DNA of 46,276 bases from Spirogloea muscicola. Its lineage: Eukaryota. The DNA lies in the NCBI GenBank assembly GCA_009602725.1, contig WELB01000014.1:1-46276 (forward strand). The letters are read 5' to 3'. The notes under the pieces are model-generated. The model had not been told where the DNA came from, did not search any database, and saw only the letters and a program-made list of their open reading frames with translations. This document shows positions 11,308-22,420 of the stretch, piece after piece. The translations under genes and the position numbers were made by a program. Every line of letters begins with the position of its first letter. Within the stretch, counting starts at the first letter, position 1.

Positions 11308-13160
11308 ATGGCGTCCGGTGCCGAGCCCCCGGCGGCTGCGGCGGCGGGCGTGGAGGCGCAGCTGGAGAGCGTGGGCCTGGCGGCGGACGCCGGCGCGCAC
11401 GTCGGGTCGCTGAACCAGGCCACGTTCTTCCGCCTCGTCGCCGACGGCAACCTCCGGACGCTGGGCACGCTCCTCCGCCAGCACCCCGACGTCGACCTCG
11501 ACGCCTACAATGACGAGGTCCCCACTAAGCCGCCGCGCTCACTGTGGCGGCGCTCACTGTAAAGGCGGCCAGTAGCTGGAGACGAGAACCCATCGTTGAG
11601 CATGTGGCTGACATGGGCAATGCAGGGCCTTGATGGTGGGCGTGCGTCTGCAGGGCATCACGGCGCTGCACCTGGCCGTCTACGGCTACGAGAACGGGCG
11701 CGACGTGGGCACGCTGCGGCTGCTGCTGGAGCACGGCGCCGACGCCGGCCTGCCGGCGGCCACGCCGCCGTCGGCGCACAAGATCAGCATCGCGCGCCAC
11801 GACCGCCGCCACCCGCACGGCGAGGCGCTCGTGGAGACGCGCAAGATCTCCGTGCTGCACAAGACCCCCCTCCTCCTCGCGCTCGAGCTCAAGTCCTCCC
11901 TCTACCTCCGTGGTCAGCACTGCCCACTACCCCTCATGGCTACTCCAGCAGTGCCAACGATGCTGCCACAAAGCCTGCATCCACAGCCGCTTCACCTGTG
12001 ATCATCACGTTGAGCACGCCGTGCGCGACATGTGCAGGATGGGAGTACCGCCATTGGGACGCTGTTCTGGAGCTCCTGGCTGCTGCAGGCGCAGCACAGC
12101 TCGAGAAAAAGGGCGTGGCAGAGGTGCCGCTGGACGCTGCCGCTGTCCTGTCAGAGGTGCAGCGTGGCTGGGCCGCCATCTACAGGGCTCGAGACCACGA
12201 GCTGGTCGAGGTCTGGGCTGAGGGCAGCTGGGTGCCGGCGCTGAAGCTCCTCCTCCACGAGAGCTCCAAGGTCCGGCCCCGGCGGTGGGCTCGTTCAGAA
12301 GTGCTGCTGTGCTCGACGCAATGACGACCATCGACATCTGACGCAAGGCTTGATTTGGGTACTATTTGCAGTTATTCAAGGCCAACATTGAGCCAGTGAC
12401 AGCGCTGACCGCCGCACGTCTGCACATCAAGGATGCATCTTTCCCCATCGTCCAGATGCTCATACAGTTCATATATACCGGTCACCTAGATACTGACTAC
12501 CTTGAGCGCCGCGGCCATGATCTCCTCCGATTGGCACACAAGGTAACCGCCTGAAGCGCTGCGACGAAAGTATGGAGGCGTTTGGTGACTACTTTGGGCT
12601 CTTCCATCTACCACAATAGAATTGAATGTGCCATGTGTGTTGTGGTGGTGCAGTACAATGTGACGAGTCTGGTGAAGCTTTGTGAGCAGCACGTACTCAT
12701 TGAGCCAGGTGTGACTTTTATTGCTCCCAGTCCTGGTGCATATTCTGTTTTTTTGGAGGGGCTTGCTTCATATGCTTACCAATTGCATGCTGTGCTCTCA
12801 TAGATACAAAAGTTCCATGTGGATAGGGAGTGAGTGTGGTGTGTGTGGTCTGTCTGCAGGCACTAAATTATACATGTGTATGTACACATTGGCACAGACT
12901 AATCCTAGATTACTGCTATTGTCATATTCGCAGAAAATTGGATCAAGGTGCTGCATGTTGCAATTGAGAGCAAATCTGACCTGCTGGGACTGAAGTGTCA
13001 CCGGTCTATTCGGGACGAGATGGCAAGAAGGGTAGATAAGGCGCTTGTGCACACAATTAGCTACTCAGATCGACTGGCACCAACAGGCGGGCCCCAGCAA
13101 CTCTTCCAGCCGGCCGAGGGCTTGGACGAAGCTGAGGAAGCTGACAAGCAAAGTACATAG
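11308..13160 (+). CDS. Ankyrin-repeat + BTB/POZ domain protein (6 exons)
   Basis: Exons 11308-11517, 11654-11912, 12038-12270, 12372-12542, 12654-12708, 12934-13160 with GT-AG junctions in phase. Ankyrin motifs: DEGITALHLAV..LRLLLEHGAD and HKTPLLLAL. BTB-like core: VPALKLLLHESSKLFKANI..IKDASFPIVQMLIQFIYTGHL..LLRLAHKYNVTSLVKLCEQHV, then EPENWIKVLHVA. Confidence 0.85.
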
Positions 13161-13951
13161 ATGCTCATTGCTAATGTCCTTAATTGCTCGCCTTCTCTTT
13201 CAGTTTGACCAACCCAATCGAATTGTGCATGAAGGGCAATAGACAATTTAGGAAGTCAAAATGAGTCCCCATATTTGACTTTGTGTTGAATCTGAGCCAA
13301 AGAAGTCAGGACGATTTATCTTGCAAGTCACCTTTGCTCACAATTGTACATAAGAGATCTGTGATCTTGGCCGAGCCGTCTGCCCCCCCTTCCATTGGTT
13401 CTAGGAGCGCAATTTGATGTGAACAGTATTCGCTGGTGTACAGACGGTGTGTCCATCCCTAAAACAAGCCCCCACCGCCGCCCTGCTGCAGCACAGGCGG
13501 ATCAGGGTAGGTTATAAACAGACAGGTCATTCTTATTGCAGGTCAGCTGGTAATAAAGAGGACAAGAGCACAATTGCCTTCTGCATTACATATGATGAGC
13601 AGAAGATTGTCCTGGGCCGCCGAGTAGCAGGGAGGAGCTAAGGACCTCTACCCGCCCCCTCATTGGCTGCAACTGATGTTTCAGTGTGGTCAGCTCGCAT
13701 GACCTAGTGGAGTCCCAGCGGATGGAAAATCTATACAAGGGCCTGTACAAATTCTAATCAACTGCGATAGAGAGTCTTAACCTGTAATCACCTCAAATAC
13801 CTTCAAATACCTTCACACCTGCAGGATGTATGAGCTGTACATACCTTCATACTGTAACCTGTCTCCGGTGTATACCTGACTATGGACAGCATGCGCTGGC
13901 CCTTTGTGCTTAGTGGGGGTGTCTCAAGCGGTAGTAGAGACTGCCATATAC

Positions 13952-14933
13952 CTGGTTGGAGTTGCCCCCCTGGTTTGGGCCCAGCACGCGGTCCTCCACA
14001 AAGTCAACTCCATATGCCTCCGCCTTGCCGAGCATGCCCTGAAGTGGGCGTGGACAGCTGAACATGAGTCAAGTAGACAACAGCTGGGCCGAGGGCAGTC
14101 CGACGACTGTGCTCCAAGCAGCCATTTGACGGACTTAACGCCACAGCTGGAGCAAAAGCGTGTGCATGGCCAGCCAAGATAATTGGCATTGATATGCAAT
14201 TGACAGGGATGCCAGCCAAAAAGGATGGCCTAAATACCTCTGACAAGGCGGATGCCGTGGTCGGAGATGATGGGAAAGAGTGCACTCACCGTCTGCTTGC
14301 CAATCACGCCATCAATCTGCTGCTGGATCATGGCGCGCTCCCCTTCGTTCTTCATATTGTCCATGAAGCCGCCCTGCTGCTGCTGCCCGCCCATGCCGCC
14401 CCCCATCTGGCCCTGGTTGCTGTTGTTGCCGCCGCCCATGAACTTCTGCTCCAGGCTGTTTAGGAAGCCTCCCTCACCCTGCTGCTGCTGCTGCGGCACA
14501 TGGAATGCAGAGCCGCAATTGAGCCACTTAGCTGCGGCAGAGCCACTGTGAGCAGAACATGGGTGACCACAATCCATACAATCTCCCGTCTTGCGGGGCC
14601 GTCACAGCCAGCGCCGCCATGAACATCTCTGCAAGGTCGAGCCCGCGTGACGGAGCAACGGCGGCCTCACCTGGCCCATGCCCTGGCCCATGTCCTGGCC
14701 CATGCCCTGGCCCATGCCCTGGCCCATGCCCTGGGCCTGGCCCATGTCCTGGCCCATGCCCTGGCCCATGCCCTGGCCCTGCTGGCCCATCATCCCCTGC
14801 TGGTTCCCGTCGTTGTTCTGCGCAGGCGGCCCACCCAAGGCGCAAGGTCAGCCCGCCTGCGCAGAGGAAAGGACGGCCGGAGCGCGGCCAGCCGCCACAG
14901 CGGCGCGGGCCTCACCCCACCGAAGAAGCTCAT
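13952..14933 (-). CDS. Small Gly/Gln/Met/Asn-rich hydrophilic repeat protein (3' end uncertain)
   Basis: Exons 14933-14916 (MSFFGG), 14817-14671 (NNDGNQQGMMGQQGQG[MGQG/D]x8), ~14490-14290 (QQQQGEGGFLNSLEQKFMGG..GGFMDNMKNEGERAMIQQQIDGVIGKQT), 14038-13952 (GMLGKAEAYGVDFVEDRVLGPNQGGNSNQ). All junctions are canonical GT-AG in phase 0. The terminal exon was not resolved. Confidence 0.75.
14671..14790. repeat. Coding 12-bp tandem repeat (ctggcccatgcc)x8 encoding MGQG/MGQD
   Basis: Eight units ctggcccatg(c/t)c are directly visible, interrupted once by ctgggc. Confidence 0.95.
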
Positions 14934-15074
14934 GGCGGCGGCGGCGGCGTCGGCAACGGCGACGGCGGCGGCGGCGGCGGCGGCGGCGTGGACTACGGCG
15001 GCTAACGCGGCGGCTTTCCTGACAGCTTCTGTGGCGGCTTGGTAGCGATGGGGGGGGGTGGCTCTGGCGCGCTG

Positions 15075-15117
15075 GCCACGTGGCGGGGTGTCGAGGGCGG
15101 CAATCCTGCCACGTGGC
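15075..15117. promoter_or_regulatory. Two palindromic G-box/ABRE elements (GCCACGTGGC)
   Basis: GCCACGTGGC at 15075-15084 and 15108-15117, each followed by GGG, 140-185 bp upstream of the ATG at 14933 (- strand). Confidence 0.65.
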
Positions 15118-15381
15118 GGGCGCTGGGGGCGGCGGTTGACTGTGCTGCCCGCGGCAGCGCGCTGACGCGGCCCGTCCCGGGCGACACCTGCCCCGGCGGC
15201 CGCTCGCCCTCCGCGTGGCGGGCTGTCACTTGCGCTGCGCCCCGTCAGACTTGCTTTCCCGTGATACGATAGATTAGGTGGATGCGAGATGTCGTGCTTC
15301 GGCATGTCGTCGCTGCTGGAGTCCCACCGTCGAGGCGAATTGAGAGAGGTGACAGAGAAATCTTCGTTTCAGAACAAAACA

Positions 15382-16240
15382 AAGGCCAAATGGCCAATGG
15401 TATGAAGGGAAGCACATCTCGAGACGTACGTCATCTACAGCAGATTGACCCGCTCAGTAACCACGGGTCAATACATGATGGTCTGCTAATCGATGACTGA
15501 ATACTGGATGGCAGCTACGAAGCCCTTCTGATACCAATCAGAGCTCGCCCAGCTTTCTGGTGCAAAGCATTAGCCTGAGCACGCTGCAAACAGGCCGACA
15601 TGCGTCGTCGCAAGAACGACAGATATGCAGCTGGCAGGCCCATCTCAGCCGGAAATACAACTGCACGTCGTGCACAGCCTAGATTGGTAATATTCTGCAG
15701 GCGAGTGTGGAAACGAGGACCTAAGCAGCCAAAGATGTCAACTGCAGCTGGCAGGAGCTGATCGCATTGTGGGTCATCGGAGTAGTGCTGCAGCTTTTTC
15801 TTTTCTGCACTGCCTACTGCGTGGCCCACGATGTGCGTCGATGCTGGACCTTTATACGCCTCCGTAACAACCACATCGACCAAGGCCCGTGGACCTCCAC
15901 TAGGATGCACGCCCACATTGTCAAGTGTGCGGCGATGATGACGTCCCTGGGACATCCGTGGTAGGCATGACGTTGTGCACTTCCACGACCGCACGGTACC
16001 CGGCGTCGCGCATCAAACCCGCCAGAGCATTGCGGGGAGGAGGTTGTGGATGCCCACCATTTCTGGTCCAGTGGGGCAACGCAGCATATGAGTGGCGAGC
16101 TCAGCACCCTCTGCGCGGAAGCCACACTCACACTGGCGCACCCCAATCAGGCAGTTAGGTGGGAGGCCGAGGAAGAGTTGAAGCGACATCCGGCAGGCCA
16201 AATCGACAGAGGGCGCCGCGATGCAGAGCGTCCAAGGACT
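15382..16240 (-). mobile_element. 5'-truncated RLE-type non-LTR retrotransposon copy A (CCHC knuckle + restriction-like endonuclease; frameshifted)
   Basis: LQLFLGLPP..QCECG..ATHMLRCP..HN, RRTLDNVG, ALVDVVVT, AEKKKLQHY, LLPAAVDIFGCLG, RRRMSACLQRAQANAL. This is the typical C-terminus of CRE/R2/NeSL-like elements. Colinear with 20600-21410. Confidence 0.85.
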
Positions 16241-16309
16241 ATTTTTCCTATTTCATTCTTTTCAAGGTCGGGGGCCATGTTCATCCCATGTGTCCCTCAC
16301 ACAGCACTT

Positions 16310-16640
16310 TCATATATGGCAATGGCTATGAGAAGTAAGAGTTTGTGACTGTGAGAGGCCAAGCCCGAAAAACATGATGGAGGAAAGAAGAATAGAGCTG
16401 CCAACTTGACAGCAGTGGCTGTGAGAGGCCAGCCCAAACGAATGGACAAGGTCTGAAAGAGCTGGATGGCGCAAGAAGCAAGATACTAATCGCTAAGACG
16501 TCAGCAAGTAGGCTCTCAGTAACCTCTAAACAGTAAGTGCAGGTCGGAAAGGATCCCCTGTCAAAGCCACCAATGTAACCCCGTGACCCTCCACTACATC
16601 ACCACTAGACCCACTTCAGACGCCTTGCGGTGGTGCACAT
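16310..16640 (-). mobile_element. Short degenerate 3' end of the same retroelement family
   Basis: Minus strand ~16550-16516 reads ctt tcc gac ctg cac tta ctg ttt aga ggt tac tga (LSDLHLLFRGY-stop), followed by gggctggcctctcacagcca modules (16345-16460). Confidence 0.6.
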
Positions 16641-16866
16641 GCTGATAGTCCCATACTCGGTGTGCAGCGATCTGCCGAGCATCCTCAGTCTCTGCAGCCA
16701 GAGCAGCAGCTGCGGCTGCAATCAAGCGGCTGGAGTCTGGTGGCGCTGCCAACGCCAGCCCTGTGTCTCGCTCTTGTTGTATGCTGAATGCAGATGCAGG
16801 TGCAACAGCAGCCAATGACATGACCACTGATATTACTAACAGGCTTAGGATAGAGATTGACTGCAT
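16594..16866 (-). other. 90-codon ORF with apparent signal peptide (possible small secreted protein or retroelement-derived chance ORF)
   Basis: MQSISILSLLVISVVMSLAAVAPASA|FSIQQ...ARQIAAHRVWDYQHVHHRKASEVGLVVM. The hydrophobic N-terminus ends in an A-x-A site, but the 3' part overlaps retroelement-like sequence. Confidence 0.3.
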
Positions 16867-17220
16867 GGATGAAGAACGAAGATGAAAAAGATTGGGCCTG
16901 CATGATAGCCTTTGCATGTGCACTTCTACAGGATGGAGTACTGTACATGTCCTCCCCTGCTGCAGCCACCAAGTGCGGCCAAGCACGACTGCTCTGGCAC
17001 ATCGTCCTAGACAGATGCAACCAAGCGACCCAAGAGGGACCTTTTCAGCGGGACAGGGCCCATCCCCAGCATCATAAGCTGCGCAGCAACTCTCTGCACA
17101 GATTGCCTATATTTACACTCTACCTTCCTCAGCGCCGTCACCAGCTCGCACGTGGCAGAGGCCAATGGCCTACTCCTGGAGGAGCCTCGAGCTGCTGAGC
17201 TACAGCTGTGCTGTCCTTCT

Positions 17221-19480
17221 TCAAGAATCCTCAGTGGCAATCTCGAAGGCCTCTACAAAGCTCTCAGCTGGTTGGGCGCCTGACAATTGGCAGCGGTTGT
17301 TAATCTGGCAGCAACAGTACAACAAGAATATGGTCAAATGTACTCGCAATATTGAATTTCTGATTTCCATCTGAGAGCACGTCCTGAGCAGCACGTAGTC
17401 TGACTTGAGGCGATCAATGTTGTCTTTTACTATATCTCTGAATGATAACACCAAATAGCCTGCATCGCAACCTCTCCCCATCCTCTTCATGCGCCTTCGA
17501 GATCTACTTTGCTGTACTTACCACAAAGTGAGGCACCCCAGTTACTCCCCTGGCGTGCTTGGAAAGTCCCATCTTGACCTGCCATGCAGCAAGAATCAGG
17601 ACTCCCACCTACTGCATCAAAGCAGACAGCTGGACCACCCAAGAAGAAAAGCAACCAGTCCCAAATGACTGAGTACTGCTCTTGCTTGGTGTTGCGGAGA
17701 GATTGATGGAAGGCTGCATCAATATGCTTGACTACTAGTGATTTTGCTGTCTTTAAGCAATTCCAGTGTCAGCCCATGCACTGACACGTCATACCTGCAT
17801 ATCCAAACAATCTTTCCACTCTCTTGGGTTGCTGTTAACAAGAACAAACCAATTACACTTTCAATGCTCAGTAACTCACCTCTTTCAGGCCTGCGTTCTC
17901 GTCCTCAAGGTACTCACGAGCACCTTTTACGCCAACTTTGTCTGCTGCTGCGATGAGAACTTCTCTGTTGGTATGCACAGAAGGTCTCCTTCAGCCAAAA
18001 TAGCACCTTCTTGTTCCCTTACTCCACATCACAAGATAAGCCTCCAAGAACAGATTGTCAAGCATTCTTGCCAATGAAGGTAGGTACAAATTGTCTATCT
18101 CATGGTTAGCTGTAAGACATGAATGATTACCTGTCTCCAATATACTTCTCTTCTGAGAAGTACTTTTTGAAAAGCTCATCAACCAGCGCATTCTGCTTGT
18201 CTAATCCTTGCTTTGCGGCATATTCCAGGAGTCGGTGCGAGTCAAGTGTATTGCCCCTGCCAGAATGAGAAGGTACTGTAAGACAACTGTGAGACATGCA
18301 AGGAGTAGCCTACCTACTACTGATTGCCACCTAGGCTTGAGCCTCCCGTCATTACACAAGGATCGATCTAACCAGAAAAGGTGCACCAAGACATCATCAT
18401 AATCTTGGCATCACAGCGTACAGACCTAAGAGAACGCCTTATGATAAGATATGTGTTTCGAGCCTTCTTTGTGTCATCTTCATTGCTTTCACAACAACAA
18501 GGACGTCATTCTTTGGTCGTCATGAGCAACAAGGGAAGAACTTACGTCTTTCCGCCTAATGAATAGTCAAGGCCGTAAGCTGAGAAGTGCTGGTGAGAAA
18601 TAAGACATGGACGGAATTCAGGAGGCTCCTCATATACCTCGTTGAAATCAAGCTTCTGATAGCAAACTCTACTAATTAAGTCTGAACAGACTTGACTTTA
18701 GAGGAAGATACCCTTGCTTGAGCTGATGGGCAAATAAACAAGCACAATTTGCAGTGCCGATGCTTGCCGATACTACAAGGCAGGCTGTTAGTGGCATGGT
18801 TGATATCAATAGACAAAGGACAATGGCCATTTCATCCACCTCCTTCATCTGCCCTTCCATAGACGGCACCCGGCTCTCGCCAAACTTGCTGATGTAATAG
18901 TTTCTCTTATCAACACCCTCCTTTGGCGCATTTGGATTCAAGAGAAAAGGATGCCACTGAACCTGCTCTCAACATGAAACAACAAAAATGAAAGTCTCCG
19001 TGAGTTAACCTGCAGTCCCGAGAAATCTGGCTAATGGTGAAGCAAGCAACTAGATCAACAGCACAGAATGCCAGATTGCCTGCAACTTGCAAATCATACT
19101 AGCTGTCTTCCATGAAGAACACATTCAAGGGAAAGGGAATGCAATATCGTCTTCCGATGGCAGGACATTCAGCAGCTACAAGCTGCAGCTAGCTCAAGCA
19201 AAGAAGACATGACCACTACTCAGCCTCCCAGCACAGCAACTAGCTATCCACCAACTGCAGAAGTTCCTGTGCCGTGCATTTGCACTGCTGGTTAGGGCAG
19301 AGCAGGCGACGACGCCGCGCGCACCTCAACGTCGTACTTGTCCTGAGTCTGCTTGATTGCCTCCTCCAGTCGCTTCTTCCCCACAAAGCACCACGGGCAG
19401 ACGGTGTCGGACGTGACATCCACGTGGACCTTCTGCCGGGCGTTGCCTGCCCCGTTGGAGAGCTTTCCCCCTCCCTCCAT
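17221..19480 (-). CDS. DsbA/FrnE-family thioredoxin-fold oxidoreductase (7 coding exons)
   Basis: Exons approx. 19480-19325, 18962-18839, 18589-18546, 18256-18131, 17962-17880, 17578-17522, 17304-17221. They give VDVTSDTVCPWCFVGKKRLE, VQWHPFLLNPNAPKEG, GNTLDSHRLL, LFKKYFSE, GVTGVPHFVIN..LSGAQPAESF (CPWC active site, cis-Pro GVP, SGAQ). An additional upstream exon is possible. Confidence 0.92.
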
Positions 19481-19851
19481 AGCCAGCAGCTTCCGCCGAC
19501 GTACACTCCTGTGATTTGTCAACAGCCCGTGCGTCCACTCAGCTCAAGGAATCACGCAATATGGTGCTGCTGGCCAGCCCCACACACCGCTTTATGTTGC
19601 ATCCGTGGTGCATTTTTACAATATCCTGCCCCGCGGCGTCGCAAGCTGTGGCTCAAACACAAGGTGAACGCTGCAGGCAGCCAGCCAGTTGCACGACGGG
19701 TGCCGCGGCAGCTCCGAGTTAAGGCCAGCAGCGAAAGCTAGCGGAAAGGCATCGATATGGCCTGCCTGGCAGTGGCCTCCCAGCGAGCGCCGAAGACTAG
19801 CGGCAGCGACGCAGCACCGTCGCCGCCGGCGGCGGCGAGCGCGGCGAGGGC

Positions 19852-19882
<31 letters not shown>

Positions 19883-20169
19883 TGGCAGCGATGGGAGTGC
19901 AACGAGTGCTGAACTGGGGCCTCAAGTATTTCTCTTATAAGGAGAGGGAGTCGCCCGTGCCGATATATCGTCGCTAAGTACCTCCCCGCCGCTGGCCTCT
20001 GCCACGCCGAGCCCGGCCGTGCCGCTCGTCCTCGACATGTCCTCGCTAAGCCCCCCGCGTCATCGCCGTGGATGCGCCGACGCATCCACGGCTTCTCGGC
20101 CGCCCACCTTCGAGAAGGACACCCCCCCTATCCCGCCTCACACCGCGGCGGAGAGGAAGCTTCCTGTCA

Positions 20170-21480
20170 GGCCAAAAGAAGGCAAGGAATAGCGCCCTAC
20201 TGTATAAACAATGGCTGTGAGAGGCCAGCAACGAGACAGTGAGCTCTTCCAAAGGAAGAAGGTGCTCGCTCATTGAGAAGAGGGGCTGGCAAAGCCAACC
20301 CAAAAAGAATGGACAATGTTCAAAGCCAAAGAAAGAGGTGCTGAAAAAGGACTACACTACAAAGTGCAAGATGGTGCAGAGGGAGATGCAGATGGCTGCT
20401 CAGTATCCACGTGTGAGCAACAGCAGATCAGAGTAACTCGGAGCAGGAGAAGCGGCACTTTGCCGAGACCCGGAAGCAGCTGCCATAGCACGGCCAGCCC
20501 GCGCGTGGACCGCATGAGCCAAAGAGGGCGAGGGATGTGAAAGCCAGCCTAAAAAAAGTGAACAAGGTCCGAAAAGAAGAGTTCCGTGTATAAGAAACTA
20601 ATGGAGGCCAAATGGCCAAGTACAAAGGCAAGCACATCTAATGATCTACATAACCTACAGAGAGATTGACCCGCTCAACAACCACGGGTCAAAACACAAA
20701 GGTCACTAATCGATGCATGAATACTAGATGCCAGAAACGGAGCCCTTCTGCCACCAACTAGAGCTCGCCCAGCATTCTGGTGCAAGGCACTAGCCTGAGC
20801 ACGCTGCAAACAGGCCGAATCTTGTTGTCGCAAGAGCGACAAATATGCATCTGGCAAGCCCATCTCAGCCGGAAACACATCTGCACGTCCAGTGTAGCCT
20901 AGATTGGCAATGTTTTGAAGCAGTGTGGAAACGAGGACCCAGACAGCCATAGATGTCGATTGCCGCTGGCAGGAGCTGATCGCATTGGGGGTAATCGGAG
21001 TAGTGCCGCAGTTTTCTTTGTTCTGCACCGCCCACTGCATGCTCAGCGATGTGTGTCGATGCTGGGCCCTTGTATGCCTCCGTAACAACAACGTCGACCA
21101 GGGCCCGTGGTCCTCCACCAGGTTGCACGCCCACAACGTCAAGTGTGCGGCGATGATGACGTCCCTGGGCGTCCGTGGTGATAGGCATGATATTGTTGAC
21201 TTCCACGACCGCTCGGTAGCCGGCATCGCGCATCAAGCCCGCCAGGGCATCGCGAAGGAGATTGTGAATGCCCACCACTTCTGGTCCATTGGGGCATCTC
21301 AGCATGTGAGTGGCGAGCACAGCACCCTCTGCACGGATGCCGCACTCGCACTGGCGCACCCCAATCAGGCAGTTAGGTGGGAGGCCGAGAAAGACTTGAA
21401 GCGATGTCCAAAAGGCCTCTGATGCTGGAGGCGTTGGCGACGAAAAGAGAGAAGGCGCACAGGGCGCATGAACTGAAATG
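20170..21480 (-). mobile_element. 5'-truncated RLE-type non-LTR retrotransposon copy B with ~0.5 kb 3' UTR
   Basis: EAFWTSLQVFLGLPP..QCECG..ATHMLRCP..HNLLRDALAGLMRDAGYRAVVEV..RRTLDVVG..ALVDVVVT..LLPAAIDIYGCLG. Frameshift near 20920, then ..ACLQRAQASALHQNAGRAL..ISDLCVLTRGC-stop (20675). 20170-20640 carries the dispersed UTR modules in matching orientation. Confidence 0.85.
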
Positions 21481-21489
21481 GAGGCCAAT

Positions 21490-22420
21490 TCAAGCCGATA
21501 TATTGTTCAGGCAGAGTCTAGGGCAAACTGAAAAGAGGAAAGCTGTTCCAGAAGGGTGTCAAGGCTGTGAAAGAGAGAAAGACTCCTTTCAGTAGAGGGC
21601 GATGGCTGTAAAAATTGGGGCCAGCCCCGATTGTGAAACAGCACTCTCAAAGTAAGGTGATGGCCTCCGAGAGGCCAGCCCAAAAGAAGAGGAAATTGTT
21701 TCTGCGAAGTAGGCATCGGAATGAAAGAGGACAATGAACAAGGTCTGCCAAGGAGCCGCCAAGTGTGGGGTAGCGCCATAACGTCGTTGGCCTGCCGCAG
21801 CATACACAAAGAAATAGAAGGCGCGCGATTCGCATGACATGAATGGAGGCCATATCAAGCAAGCTGATAGACTATCCAGGAATATCAGGCAAGCTGATAG
21901 CCTATCCAGGAGTGAACAAGAGTAGTTTCATGCTTTTTGCGCCTTTCGGCCCTTTCAGACCTTGTTCATTTCTTTGGGCTGGCCTCTCACAGCCATGCAA
22001 TGCGTTTTGAAGAGCTGGTTCTCCAGGCAGAAGCAGAGATAAAGAGTGGGGCAACAACAGAACGAAGCCCTATGATGAGGGAGGCTAAGGAATAAAGAAA
22101 TAGCTCTTTCAACTGTAAGGCATTGGCTGTGAGAGGCCAACCCAAAAGAGAAAAGAAGGTCTGAAAAGGTAACCGTGCACAAACTGGCTGAAGGGGGGCC
22201 TTCAGTACCTTAAGGAGAGCAGGCGCGCGGCGCGCATGATATGCAAGGGTGGCCAAATCAAGCCAATACATTATTAAGGCAAAACGACTCCGAGATAATG
22301 AAGAAGATTGAGCTCTTCCCAAGAGGAGTTGGTGGTAATGGTGAAAGTCCAGCCCAAAGGAAGATGCTCTCCTGGAGGGGACGACTCCTGTGAAAACCAG
22401 TTGAAGAGGTAATGGACAAG
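21490..22420. repeat. Further retroelement 3'-UTR modules in both orientations
   Basis: gagaaagactc..cagtagagggcgatggctg (21575-21608), gagaggccagcccaaa..atgaacaaggtctg (21669-21747), plus-strand cctttcagaccttgttcatttctttgggctggcctctcacagccat (21951-21996), and minus-strand ggctgtgagaggccaacccaaa (22125-22146). A short direct duplication caagctgatag..ctatccagga lies at 21860-21910. Confidence 0.65.

Noticed and set aside
14671..14790. Regular repeat array as a possible CRISPR or satellite
   Set aside because: The 12-bp units have no spacers and are in frame within a spliced eukaryotic exon.
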